This document shows, one piece after another, positions 35,618 through 44,828 of a stretch of 64,000 nt of DNA. The stretch is from contig CAZMGP010000022.1 of NCBI GenBank assembly GCA_964565875.1, positions 1,648 to 65,647 of the forward strand, given 5' to 3'. Made by a program: the position numbers and the translations under genes. The stretch is from an uncultured Enterobacteriaceae bacterium. GTDB lineage: Bacteria > Pseudomonadota > Gammaproteobacteria > Burkholderiales > SG8-39. How positions within the stretch are numbered: position 1 is the stretch's first letter; each line of letters begins with the position of its first letter. The notes below the pieces were generated by a model, which saw only the letters and a program-made list of their open reading frames with translations, did not search any database and had not been told where the DNA came from.

Positions 35618-36961
35618 TCAGCGCACCAGCGCCGGACGTTTGGGATCGAACTTCCAGCCGGGTATCAGGTACTGCATCGCGACGGCGTCGTCGCGCGCGC
35701 CGAGCGCCTTGTCCTTGTACAGTTGGTGCGCGGCGAGGATGCGCTCCATGTCGAGTTCGATGCCGAGTCCGGGCCGCGCGGGGAGGGCGATGCGCCCGCC
35801 TGCGATCGCGAGAGGCTCTTTGGTAAGGCGCTCGCCGTCCTGCCAGATCCAGTGAGTGTCGATGGCGGTGATATTGCCGGGCGCGGCCGCCGCGACCTGG
35901 GTGATCATGGCGAGCGAAATATCGAAATGGTTGTTCGAATGCGAGCCCCAGGTGAGGCCCCAGTCGCGGCACATCTGTGCCACCCGAATCGAACCCGCCA
36001 TGGTCCAGAAGTGGGGATCGGCAAGCGGGATGTCGACTGCAGCGAGGCGGATGGCGTGCCCCATTTCGCGCCAGTCGGTCGCGATCATGTTGGTCGCGGT
36101 CGGGATGCTCGTCGTGCGCCTGAATTCCGCCATCACTTCCCGGCCGGAATAGCCCGGCTCGGCGCCGCAGGGGTCCTCGGCGTAGGCGAGCGCGGCGCGG
36201 GCGCTCTGGCACAAGCGCACGGCGTCGCGCAAGAGCCAGGCGCCGTTCGGGTCGATGGTGATGCGCGCCTGCGAAAAACGCGCGGCCAGCGCGGCAACCG
36301 CTTCGATTTCCGCTTCGCCGGCGAGCACGCCGCCCTTCAGCTTGAAATCGCGAAAGCCGTAGCGCGCATAGGCGGCCTCCGCCAGGCGCACCACGGCCTG
36401 CGGCGAGAGCGCGGCTTCGTTGCGCAGCCGCTGCCAGTCGTCCGCCGCAGCGGCCTCGCTGCGGTAAGGGAGGTCGGTCTTCGTGCGGTCGCCGACGAAG
36501 AAGAGATAACCCAGCACGTCCACGCTCGCACGCTGCTGGCCCTCGCCTAGGAGCGCGGCGATCGGCACGCCGAGGAATTGGCCGAGGAGGTCGAGCATCG
36601 CCGCCTCGACAGCGGTGAGGGCGTGGATGGCGACGCGCAAGTCGAAAGTCTGCAGTCCGCGACCGCCGGCGTCGCGCCCGCCGAAGCGCTGCTGCATGTC
36701 GCGCAACAGGTTGCGGTATTCGCCTAGCGAGCTTCCGAGGACGAGTTCGCGCGCATCTTCCAAGGTCTGGCGGATGCGTTCGCCGCCGGGGACTTCGCCT
36801 GCGCCGGTGCGCCCGGCGCTGTCTTCCAGGATGACCAGGTTGCGCGTGAAGTAGGGGCCGTGTGCGCCGCTCAGGTTGAGCAGCATGCTGTCGTGCCCGG
36901 CGACGGGGATCACGCGCATGCTGCGGATGCGCGGCGTTGCGCCGTGGATTGCTGCGCTCAT
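35618..36961 (-). CDS. gudD: Glucarate dehydratase (enolase superfamily)
   Basis: Start at [34 protein letters not shown] (ATG 36959-36961). This N-terminus is GudD-like and the protein is 447 aa. The longer ORF reaching 37201 overlaps the upstream Bug gene and was rejected. Confidence 0.88.
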   Translation of the reverse strand: MSAAIHGATPRIRSMRVIPVAGHDSMLLNLSGAHGPYFTRNLVILEDSAGRTGAGEVPGGERIRQTLEDARELVLGSSLGEYRNLLRDMQQRFGGRDAGGRGLQTFDLRVAIHALTAVEAAMLDLLGQFLGVPIAALLGEGQQRASVDVLGYLFFVGDRTKTDLPYRSEAAAADDWQRLRNEAALSPQAVVRLAEAAYARYGFRDFKLKGGVLAGEAEIEAVAALAARFSQARITIDPNGAWLLRDAVRLCQSARAALAYAEDPCGAEPGYSGREVMAEFRRTTSIPTATNMIATDWREMGHAIRLAAVDIPLADPHFWTMAGSIRVAQMCRDWGLTWGSHSNNHFDISLAMITQVAAAAPGNITAIDTHWIWQDGERLTKEPLAIAGGRIALPARPGLGIELDMERILAAHQLYKDKALGARDDAVAMQYLIPGWKFDPKRPALVR

Positions 36962-36965
36962 AGTC

Positions 36966-37964
36966 TCAGTCGGCCTTGATGCCAGCGGCCTTGACGATCT
37001 TCGCCCATTTCGCGATTTCGCTCTGCTGGAAAGCGGCGAGGGCATCGGGCGCGATGCCGCCCGCTTCCATGCCGAGGTTTTCCAGCCGCTCGTGGATGTC
37101 CGGCTCCTTGATGATATGCGCGAGTTCGCTGTAGAGCCGCTGCACCACGGGCTTGGGCGTGCCGGCGGGCGCGAACACCGCCTGCCAGGAAACGACTTCA
37201 TAGCCCTTGACGCCGGCCTCCGCCATGGTCGGCACGTTGGGCAGGCTTTTCACCCGCGCGCTGGACGTGACGGCGAGCGCGCGCACCTTGCCCGACTGGA
37301 TGTGCGGCGAGGCGACGACGGTGGTGTCGAACATCATCGGCACGTGGCCGCCGATCACGTCCTGGATCGCCGGGCCGCTGCCCTTGTAGGGCACATGGAT
37401 GATGTCGAGCGCGGCAAGCGACTTGAACAGTTCCCCCGAGAGATGCTGCGAGGTGCCGGTGCCGGCCGAGGCGAAGGACAGCGTCCCCGGCTTCGCCTTC
37501 GCCGCCGCGATGATGTCTTGCACGGATTTGAACGGGCTCGCCGCGCCGACGACGAGCACGTTGGCGTTGGTGCCGATGAGCGTGATCGGTTCGAAGGACT
37601 TCACCGCGTCGTAGGGCATGTGGGAGTACATGCTTGCGTTGATGGCGTGCGAGCTGATGGTGCCGCCGAGGATGGTGTAGCCGTCGGGCGCAGCCTTCGA
37701 CACAAATGCCGAGCCGATGTTGCCGCCCGCGCCCGGCTTGTTCTCGATCACCACCGGCGTCTTCAGCACTAAGGAAAGCTTCTGCCCCAGGGCGCGCGCC
37801 AGGATGTCGGTGGTGCCCCCCGGTGGGAAGGGAACGACGTAGGTGATGGGCTTGGACGGCCAGGCCGGGTCTGCGTGGGCGAGCGGCATCGCCGCCGTCA
37901 GGCCGGCGGCCGCGAGCACGGGTAGAAGGGTTCGGGCGAAACGAGTGATGCCTTGCATGTTCAT
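36966..37964 (-). CDS. Bug/TctC-family substrate-binding protein
   Basis: 332 aa with a signal peptide ending LAHA-DP. The signature is [29 protein letters not shown]...[14 protein letters not shown]. Confidence 0.92.
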   Translation of the reverse strand: MNMQGITRFARTLLPVLAAAGLTAAMPLAHADPAWPSKPITYVVPFPPGGTTDILARALGQKLSLVLKTPVVIENKPGAGGNIGSAFVSKAAPDGYTILGGTISSHAINASMYSHMPYDAVKSFEPITLIGTNANVLVVGAASPFKSVQDIIAAAKAKPGTLSFASAGTGTSQHLSGELFKSLAALDIIHVPYKGSGPAIQDVIGGHVPMMFDTTVVASPHIQSGKVRALAVTSSARVKSLPNVPTMAEAGVKGYEVVSWQAVFAPAGTPKPVVQRLYSELAHIIKEPDIHERLENLGMEAGGIAPDALAAFQQSEIAKWAKIVKAAGIKAD

Positions 37965-38003
37965 TCCTAGAAGTGCGTTGGACGGTGCGGACGTGGGTAC
38001 GCG

Positions 38004-39548
38004 TCAGCCGGTGATGCCGATGGGCCAGGGCACGAACTCGTGGTCGCCCAGGCCGAGGAGCTCGGATTTCGAGTGCTCGCCCGAGGCGCAGCGCAGGATA
38101 AGCTGAAAGATTTTCTCGCCCATCTGCTCGATCGAGGCCTTGCCGTCGAGGATTTCGCCGCAATTCAAGTCCATGTCCTCTTCCAGCTTTTCGAACATGG
38201 GCGTATTGGTGGCGAGCTTGAGCGAAGGCACCGGCTTGCAGCCGTAGCCCGAGCCGCGGCCGGTGGTGAAGCAGATCATGTTGGCGCCACCCGCGACCTG
38301 GCCGGTGGCCGACACCGGATCGAATCCCGGCGTGTCCATGAAGACGAAGCCCTTCTGCGTCACCGGCTCGGCGTACTTGTAGACTTCGACGAGCGGCATG
38401 GTGCCGCCTTTCATCGCCGAGCCCAGCGACTTCTCGAAGATGTTGGCGAGTCCGCCCATCTGGTTGCCGGGGCTGACGATGCCGTTGATCTGCACGTCGC
38501 GGCCTTCGGCATATTTCTTCCACCAGCGAATGCGCTCGACCAGCTTCTCGCCGACCTCGCGCGACACCGCGCGGCGCGTGAGCGTGTGCTCGACGCCGTA
38601 GATCTCCGGCGTCTCCGACAGGATCGCCGTGCCGCCGTGGCGCACGAGCAGATCCATCGCGGCGCCGAGCGCCGGATTGGCAGTGATGGAGGAGAAGCCG
38701 TCCGAGCCGCCGCACTGCAGCCCCACGCTGATGTGGCTCGCGGGGACGCGGCTGCGCACGATGCGGTTCGCCTCGGGCAGCATCTCCTTCACCGCGGCGA
38801 TGCCCGCCTCGATGGTTTTGCGCGTGCCGCCGGTCTCCTGCATGATGAAAGTGCGCAGGCGCGCATTCTCGCTCAAGCCTTGCGAACTCATGAGGTTGCC
38901 GATCTGGTTGCGTTCGCAGCCCAGGCCCACGACCAGGGCGGCGGCGAGATTCGCATGCCGCGCGTAGCCGCCGAGGGTGCGCCGGAGCAGATCGATGGGT
39001 TCGCCGCTCATTTCCATGCCGCAGCCGGTGCCGTGGGCGAAGGCGACTACGCCGTCGACGTTGGGATAGGCCGCGAGCCGCTCGGGCGTGAACCAGGCTG
39101 CGATCTTGTGCACCACCGTGGCCGAGCAGTTGACGGTGGCGATGATGCCGAGGTAATTGCGCGTGCCCACTTGGCCGTTCGCGCGCACGATGCCCATGAA
39201 GCTCGCGCGCTCCGCTTCGGGCACCATCTCCACCTTGCGCACGTCGGCGCCGAAGGCGTTGTCGCGCTCGAACTCACGGAACTCGATGTTGTGGCCGTGG
39301 AGCAGCGTGCCGGGGCGGATGTCGGCCGCGGCGAAGCCGATGATGGTGTTGTATTTCAGAATCGCCTCGCCCTTCTTCAAGGGCGTGACCGCGATCTTGT
39401 GGCCGGCGGGAATGCGGTTGAGGCAGGTCACGCCTTCGTCGGCGAGCACCGTGCCCTGCGCGATGTCGATGCGGGCGACGACCACATTGTCGGCTGCATG
39501 CAGGCGCAGCGCCGCCGGCGCCGCACCGGGTGCGATATGGACGGTCAT
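38004..39548 (-). CDS. garD: Galactarate dehydratase (UxaA/GarD family)
   Basis: Start at MTVHIAPG (ATG 39546-39548), overlapping the upstream stop as ATGA. The SAF N-domain reads HAADNVVVARIDIAQG...IPAGHKIA. The UxaA core reads NCSATVV and LQCGGSDGFSSITANPA. Confidence 0.88.
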   Translation of the reverse strand: MTVHIAPGAAPAALRLHAADNVVVARIDIAQGTVLADEGVTCLNRIPAGHKIAVTPLKKGEAILKYNTIIGFAAADIRPGTLLHGHNIEFREFERDNAFGADVRKVEMVPEAERASFMGIVRANGQVGTRNYLGIIATVNCSATVVHKIAAWFTPERLAAYPNVDGVVAFAHGTGCGMEMSGEPIDLLRRTLGGYARHANLAAALVVGLGCERNQIGNLMSSQGLSENARLRTFIMQETGGTRKTIEAGIAAVKEMLPEANRIVRSRVPASHISVGLQCGGSDGFSSITANPALGAAMDLLVRHGGTAILSETPEIYGVEHTLTRRAVSREVGEKLVERIRWWKKYAEGRDVQINGIVSPGNQMGGLANIFEKSLGSAMKGGTMPLVEVYKYAEPVTQKGFVFMDTPGFDPVSATGQVAGGANMICFTTGRGSGYGCKPVPSLKLATNTPMFEKLEEDMDLNCGEILDGKASIEQMGEKIFQLILRCASGEHSKSELLGLGDHEFVPWPIGITG

Positions 39549-40537
39549 GATTTGAGCAACTCCTTCAGCTTCAGGCGTTCGATCAGCATCGTCTCCTTGC
39601 GATAGGTGGCGACGATGTATTTCTCGTAGTCCGGTCCGTCGAGGTACATCACCGGCGCGTCGATCTTGTCGCAGGCCTGGCGGAATTCCTCGCTCGCGCA
39701 CGCCTGGCGGAAGGCCTCGCGCAGCTTCGCCGCGATTTGTGCGTCGACGCCGTGCGGCGCGCCGACGCCGTTGGGCGCGTCCACCACGACCTTGTAGCCC
39801 AGGTCCTTGAGTGTAGGCGTGTCCTTGAAGCGCGCGGCGCGTTGCTCGCCCCAGGTGCAGAGCAGGCGCAGCTTGCCCTGCTCGACATGCGGCGCCCAGG
39901 AACTCGAGTCCGCAATCGCGTCGACATGCCCGCCCATGAGCGCAGTCAGCGCCTCGGCGCCGCCCTTATAGGGAATGTTGTTGAAGACGACGCCCGCGGC
40001 CATGGCAAATTCCTCCATGCCCACGTGCGTCTGGCCGCCGATGCCGGAGTGCGAATAGGTCACCTTGCCCGGATTCGCCTTGGCGTGCGCGACGAACTGC
40101 TGCATCGTCTTCCACGGCGCATCGCTGCGGACCGCGACGCCGAAGGTTTGCGCCGAGGTGCGCGCGATGTAGCTGTAGTCCTTCAGCGGATCGAGGGCGA
40201 CCATGCCCAATTGCGAGAAGCGCGTCACCGAAAGCGGGATCTGTCCCACGGTGTATCCGTCGGGCTTGGCGCTCGCGAGCGCCTTGGCGCCGATCATGCC
40301 GGCGGCGCCGGTGCGGTTCTCCAGCACGATGGTGCCGCCGAGCGCACGCGCCGCCGCGGTGCACAGCGCGCGCATGGTGACGTCCGCAGTCCCACCCGCG
40401 GGCCAGGGGCAGATGAAAGTGATCGGGCGGCTGGGATAGGCTTCCGCCGCACGGCTGCTCGGGCCGAGCGCAAGCAGTGCTCCGGCGCCCAGCGCCTTGA
40501 GAACGTTGCGCCGATGTCGAAAATTCGATGCGTTCAT
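39545..40537 (-). CDS. Bug/TctC-family substrate-binding protein (Tat-like leader)
   Basis: Start at MNASNFRHRRNVLKALGAGALLALGPSSRA (ATG 40535-40537, GGAGGAG RBS). The signature is YPSRPITFICPWPAGGTADVTMRAL. Confidence 0.9.
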   Translation of the reverse strand: MNASNFRHRRNVLKALGAGALLALGPSSRAAEAYPSRPITFICPWPAGGTADVTMRALCTAAARALGGTIVLENRTGAAGMIGAKALASAKPDGYTVGQIPLSVTRFSQLGMVALDPLKDYSYIARTSAQTFGVAVRSDAPWKTMQQFVAHAKANPGKVTYSHSGIGGQTHVGMEEFAMAAGVVFNNIPYKGGAEALTALMGGHVDAIADSSSWAPHVEQGKLRLLCTWGEQRAARFKDTPTLKDLGYKVVVDAPNGVGAPHGVDAQIAAKLREAFRQACASEEFRQACDKIDAPVMYLDGPDYEKYIVATYRKETMLIERLKLKELLKS

Positions 40538-40603
40538 GAACTCCTCCGGTCGTATGCTGGATTTGCAGGGGCGCTTAGCGCACGGGGTACTTCGCAAGCC
40601 ATA

Positions 40604-40619
40604 ATGATAACGTTATCAT
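40604..40619. promoter_or_regulatory. LacI-family operator (perfect 16-bp palindrome)
   Basis: ATGATAAC|GTTATCAT has the central CG typical of LacI/GalR operators. It lies 67 nt upstream of the bug-garD-bug-gudD operon start. Confidence 0.7.
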
Positions 40620-40717
40620 ATTGCTGCCGCGACGGCTCTGCAATCTCGGAAATCGACTCGTTATTGATATAGATCAATCTGTTACAATTTCACTGATGTC
40701 TGATCGAAGTTGAACGT

Positions 40718-40733
40718 TTGCAATCGTTATCAA
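40718..40733. promoter_or_regulatory. Second, imperfect LacI-type operator near the regulator gene
   Basis: TTGCAATCGTTATCAA shares the CGTTATCA half-site with the perfect operator. It lies 29 nt upstream of the LacI-family gene start. Confidence 0.45.
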
Positions 40734-40761
40734 TTTGATTCGGAAGGGATAGTCGACTGCG

Positions 40762-41805
40762 ATGGCGAAGCGCAAAGCAAAGCCTGGGAGCAAACGGTCG
40801 GCCGCAAGGAGCGGCGGCTCGGCTAGTGTCACCCTCGCGGACGTCGCCAAGGTAGCCGGGGTGTCGCCGATCACCGTGTCGCGTGCCTTGACACGACCGG
40901 ATCTGGTGAACGCGCGCACCCTGGAACAGATACGCGCCGTGGTTGCAGCCATGGGCTACGTGCCGAACCTGGCGGCGGGAAGCCTGCGCTCGCGCCGCAC
41001 GCATCTCGTGGCAGCGATCGTGCCGCAGGTGACGAATTCGATTTTCATCGACACCATCCAGGCCTTGACCGATCGGCTTGCCGCCGCCGGTTTCCAACTC
41101 CTTCTCGGCCTTTCCGGCTATCGGCAAGGGGAAGAGGACCTGGTCACGGCCATACTCAGCCGGCGGCCAGATGCCGTCTGCCTCACCGGCATCAGCCATT
41201 CCGCAGCGAGCAGGCGGCGCCTGTTGCAGGCGGGCATCCCGGTGGTGGAGACCTGGGACCTCACGCCTACGCCCATCGACATGCTGGTCGGCTTCTCGCA
41301 CGACCGCGTCGGCGCGGCGGTCGCCGAATACCTGCTGCGCAAGGGACATCGGCGCTTCGGCCTGGTCTGGGCCGACGACGAGCGCGCGCTGAAGCGTAGG
41401 GACGCCGTGCTCTCTGCATTGAATAAGGCCGGCATCGGCGAGGTGCCGATTCACGCGGGTCCGGCACCGGGCACGCTTAGGTTGGGGCGCGAAGGACTCG
41501 CGCAGCTGCTTGAGCGCGGCACGCCGCTCGATGCGGTAATCTGCAGTTCCGACGCCGTGGCGCAAGGTGCGCTCATCGAAGCGCAAGTGCGTGGACTCGC
41601 GGTGCCGAGCGACTGCGCCGTGATGGGTTTCGGCGATCTCGAATTCGCCGCTTACACAAAGCCCTCCCTCACGACCATCCAGGTCGATCGCTATGCGATC
41701 GGGCGCCTGGCGGCGGAAGCACTGATCGACAAGCTCGCCGGCCGCACAGCGCGCGAGGCGATCGTCGACGTCGGTTTTCGGCTGATCGAGCGCGCGAGTG
41801 CTTGA
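40762..41805 (+). CDS. LacI-family transcriptional regulator
   Basis: 347 aa. The HTH reads VTLADVAKVAGVSPITVSRAL...VPNLAAGSLRS, followed by a PBP1 effector core. Confidence 0.92.
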   Translation: MAKRKAKPGSKRSAARSGGSASVTLADVAKVAGVSPITVSRALTRPDLVNARTLEQIRAVVAAMGYVPNLAAGSLRSRRTHLVAAIVPQVTNSIFIDTIQALTDRLAAAGFQLLLGLSGYRQGEEDLVTAILSRRPDAVCLTGISHSAASRRRLLQAGIPVVETWDLTPTPIDMLVGFSHDRVGAAVAEYLLRKGHRRFGLVWADDERALKRRDAVLSALNKAGIGEVPIHAGPAPGTLRLGREGLAQLLERGTPLDAVICSSDAVAQGALIEAQVRGLAVPSDCAVMGFGDLEFAAYTKPSLTTIQVDRYAIGRLAAEALIDKLAGRTAREAIVDVGFRLIERASA

Positions 41806-41901
41806 ACGCGGCGCAGGCCCTCGTCTTGTTGGGAAGCTCTGAGCACGTGGCTGCTCGTCGCTCGAGACGGAGCGAGAGCTTCCCTCTGAAGTGGGGGATA
41901 T

Positions 41902-41924
41902 ACAAGGGGGCATAGCCCCCTTGT
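41902..41924. terminator. Bidirectional hairpin terminator between convergent genes
   Basis: Perfect 10-bp GC-rich stem ACAAGGGGGC-ata-GCCCCCTTGT. It lies between the LacI stop (41805) and the thioesterase stop (41935). Confidence 0.65.
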
Positions 41925-41934
41925 TCAAACTTCC

Positions 41935-42423
41935 TCAGGAGACGATGTAGGCGGCCGAGCCGGTCGCGAGCAGCGTGCCGTCCGCTGCCATGAACTCCAT
42001 GCGCGTGGTGGCGACGCGCGAGCCCAGGCGCAGCACGGCGGCGCGCAGCTCGAAGTGATCGCCGGTCGCGGGCCTCAGGTAATCGATGCGCAGATCGATC
42101 GTGCCGAGCTTGCCGAAGCGGTGCAGGCGTTGCGTGGGCGATTCGTCCATGTGGCGCGCGCCGATCGCCGCCATGCAGGCGACGCCGCCCATGGCGTCCA
42201 ATCCCGCGCTGATGACGCCGCCATGCAGCCGCTGGCTGATGAAGTGACCGATGAGCTCGGGGCGCATGGCAATGCGCCCCTTCACGCCGCCTGCCTTGAA
42301 CGCCGTGATCTTCAATCCGAGCACGCGATTGAACGGGATCATGTCGTCGAAAATCTTTGTCACTCCCGCCAGAAATTCCGGCTCGAACTCGGGTGTGGCC
42401 GCTGCTTCAGTGTTCTTTTTCAT
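41935..42423 (-). CDS. Hotdog-fold acyl-CoA thioesterase (PaaI/YigI-like)
   Basis: 162 aa. The family-typical segment is IPFNRVLGLKI...GRIAMRPELIGHFISQRLHGGVISAGLDAMGG. Confidence 0.8.
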   Translation of the reverse strand: MKKNTEAAATPEFEPEFLAGVTKIFDDMIPFNRVLGLKITAFKAGGVKGRIAMRPELIGHFISQRLHGGVISAGLDAMGGVACMAAIGARHMDESPTQRLHRFGKLGTIDLRIDYLRPATGDHFELRAAVLRLGSRVATTRMEFMAADGTLLATGSAAYIVS

Positions 42424-42651
42424 GATGCGTCATCAATTGGCGAAATTGGCCGTAGTTTAGCTCGTAACTCGCATTCCACCTACCCGCGCTGCCCTCCGGC
42501 GTGACGGCGCTCGAGCAGGAGCGGACGTGACAAGAGTCAAGGACCAGGCTCGCGATCGGCGCATCCTGCTATAGGAAGGCTTCGCGGCCAGGCGGGCGCG
42601 GGCGCGAACGTCACATCGGAACTCGGCGTGCACCGACACGGGAGACTAGCT

Positions 42652-43752
42652 ATGAACACCACCTTGAGCGTGATCAAGGCCGACATCGGCTCCATCGGCG
42701 GCCATATCGCGCCGTCGCAGAAGCTGCTCGAAACCGTACGCGGCATGGTCTCGGCACAGGTCGGAAAGTTGCTCAGCGATTTCGCCATCAGCCATACCGG
42801 GGACGACATCGCGATCCTCATGACCCATGGCGGCGGCGCAGCGAACGCGGACGTGCATCGTCTGGCCTGGGACGCCTTCCTCGCCGGTACCGCCACTGCC
42901 AAGCGCGAAGGGCTGTACGGCGCCGGCCAGGATCTGCTGAAGGACGCGTTTTCCGGCAATGTGCACGGCATGGGGCCGGCGGTTGCAGAACTCGCGTTCG
43001 CGGAGCGGGCGAACGAGCCCTTCCTCTTTTTCGCCGCCGACAAGACCGATCCGGGCGCGTTCAACCTGCCGCTCTACCTCGCCTTCGCCGATCCCATGAA
43101 TACCCCAGGGCTGATCCTCTCGCCCAATCTCGCCAAGGGCTTCCGCTTCGTCGTCATGGACGTCGATTGCACCGAAGGCGACCGCGTCATCGAACTCGTC
43201 GCGCCGGAAGAAATCTATGATCTCGCCGCGCTGCTGCGCGACACCGAGCGCTATGTGGTCGAATCCGTCTGGTCGCGTGCCACCGGCGACCAGGCGGCGG
43301 CCGTGTCGACCTCGCGCCTGCACAACATCGCCGGCAAGTACACGGGCAAGGACGATCCGGTGATGCTGGTGCGCGTGCAGATGAACTTTCCTGCCGCCGG
43401 GGAAGTGCTGGCGCCCTTCGCCACCGGCCATTTCGTCGCAGGCGGCATGCGCGGCTCGCACCAGGTGCCGCTGATGCCGGTGAAGCAGAATTGCGGCACC
43501 AGCTATTTCGACGGACCGCCGCTCGTAAGCTGCGCCGCCTATTGCATGCACGAAGGCCGGCTCACCGAGCGCTGGGACTGCTTCGATCATCCCTTCTGGG
43601 ACAGCGTGCGCGACCACGTCGCAGGCAAGACGATGGACATGCGGCGGCAGGGTTTCTTCGGCGCGGCGATGCTGCCGATGTCCGAACTCGAGTACACCGG
43701 CATCGTCGACAAGCTGAAGGTGCTGGACGGGCGCTTTCGCATGCGCGCATGA
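42652..43752 (+). CDS. Fructose-1,6-bisphosphate aldolase/phosphatase (class V, archaeal-type FBPase)
   Basis: Start at MNTTLSVIKADIGSIGGH (ATG 42652, GGGAGA RBS). Family-specific blocks run along the whole length: GAGQDLLKDAFSGNVHGMGP, DKTDPGAFNLPLY, FADPMNTPGL, IAGKYTGKDDPVMLVR, GGMRGSHQVPLMPV, FDGPP. Confidence 0.85.
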   Translation: MNTTLSVIKADIGSIGGHIAPSQKLLETVRGMVSAQVGKLLSDFAISHTGDDIAILMTHGGGAANADVHRLAWDAFLAGTATAKREGLYGAGQDLLKDAFSGNVHGMGPAVAELAFAERANEPFLFFAADKTDPGAFNLPLYLAFADPMNTPGLILSPNLAKGFRFVVMDVDCTEGDRVIELVAPEEIYDLAALLRDTERYVVESVWSRATGDQAAAVSTSRLHNIAGKYTGKDDPVMLVRVQMNFPAAGEVLAPFATGHFVAGGMRGSHQVPLMPVKQNCGTSYFDGPPLVSCAAYCMHEGRLTERWDCFDHPFWDSVRDHVAGKTMDMRRQGFFGAAMLPMSELEYTGIVDKLKVLDGRFRMRA

Positions 43753-43780
43753 CCGTGAAGCGGCACGTCGACGCCATTGA

Positions 43781-44719
43781 ATGAAGGGCAAGGCCTGCCT
43801 GCAGGCAGCACTCGCAGTTCTTTCCTTCAGCGCTGCCGTCATGGCTGATGCGGGACCCGACACGTTGGAAGCGCGCTTGCGTGGTCATGTTCGGCGCTTG
43901 GCCGCCGACATCGGCGAGCGCCATGTCTTGCGGCCGGCTGCGCTGAAGGCCGCTGCAGATTACATCCGCGGCGAATGGCGCGCGCAGGGCTATAGCGTGG
44001 CGAGACAAGCCTATATGGCGCAAGGGGTGGAAAGCGAAAACCTCGAAGTCGTGCGCCAAGGCAAGACGCGGCCGGAAGAAATCCTCGTCGTCGGCGCCCA
44101 TTACGACACCGTGCCCGGCGCGCCCGGTGCAGACGACAATGCGAGCGCCGTCGCCGTGCTGCTGGAGCTGTCGCGGCTGTTCGCCTCCGTCGAAACCGCG
44201 CGCACGGTGCGCCTCGTTGCCTTCGTCAACGAGGAGCCGCCGTTCTTCTTCTGGGGCGAAATGGGCAGCGGTGTCTACGCCCGCGCCGCGCGCTCGCGCA
44301 AGGACGACATTCGGCTGATGGTTTCCCTGGAGATGCTGGGCTGCTACAGCGATGCAACGGGAAGCCAGCGCTATCCTCCTTTCCTCAGCTTCTTCTACCC
44401 CGACCGCGGAAACTTCCTTGCCCTGGTGTCGAATTTCAAGTCGCGCGGCGCGCTGCGGCAACTGGCGGCGGCCTTTCGCGCGCGATCGGATTTCCCGCTC
44501 GAAACGCTGGCGAGCTTCGAGTTTGTGCCGGGGCTTTCCTTGAGCGATCACCTGTCTTTTTGGCGCGAGGGCTACCCGGCGGTGATGGCAACCGACACCG
44601 CTTTCTACCGCTACAGCCACTACCACGCCGCCGGCGATACTCCGGAGAAGCTCGATTACCCGAGGATGGCGCAAGTCGCCTTGGGCCTGTACGCCGCGCT
44701 CGCGGCGCTCGCCGAGTAG
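43781..44719 (+). CDS. M28-family zinc aminopeptidase, secreted
   Basis: 312 aa. The signal peptide is MKGKACLQAALAVLSFSAAVMA. M28 motifs are GAHYDTVPGAPGADDNASAVAVLLE, FVNEEPPF and SDH. Confidence 0.85.
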   Translation: MKGKACLQAALAVLSFSAAVMADAGPDTLEARLRGHVRRLAADIGERHVLRPAALKAAADYIRGEWRAQGYSVARQAYMAQGVESENLEVVRQGKTRPEEILVVGAHYDTVPGAPGADDNASAVAVLLELSRLFASVETARTVRLVAFVNEEPPFFFWGEMGSGVYARAARSRKDDIRLMVSLEMLGCYSDATGSQRYPPFLSFFYPDRGNFLALVSNFKSRGALRQLAAAFRARSDFPLETLASFEFVPGLSLSDHLSFWREGYPAVMATDTAFYRYSHYHAAGDTPEKLDYPRMAQVALGLYAALAALAE

Positions 44720-44828
44720 TCGGCGCCGCCTCGGCGAATCATTTTCCGGACGGAGCCGCGCTCGGCTTGCGCATACCCTCTCGCCGTGGTACGAATGAAG
44801 CACGGACTTGGATGAGGGCGCGGCGGCG

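Noticed and set aside
36962-37201. A longer start for gudD (ORF 35618..37201). Similar upstream extensions exist for garD (to 39701), Bug (to 40597 and 54025), GST (to 16869), AhpD-like (to 57408) and TlpA (to 58133).
   Set aside because: These extensions overlap the upstream genes, are Arg/Ser/Pro-rich and lack an RBS. The internal ATGs have good RBSs and match family N-termini.
41831-41884. A 10-bp inverted repeat GGGAAGCTCT / AGAGCTTCCC with a 34-nt loop, considered as a possible REP/MITE-like element.
   Set aside because: Only one copy occurs in the window, and it lies next to a bona fide terminator between convergent genes. It is most simply part of the 3' UTR structure.
44791-44814. 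Tiny ORFs, such as MKHGLG between the M28 peptidase and the radical SAM gene, as a RiPP precursor.
   Set aside because: It is only 6 codons long, has no RBS and shows no leader/core features. I found no credible precursor on either strand near the radical SAM gene.
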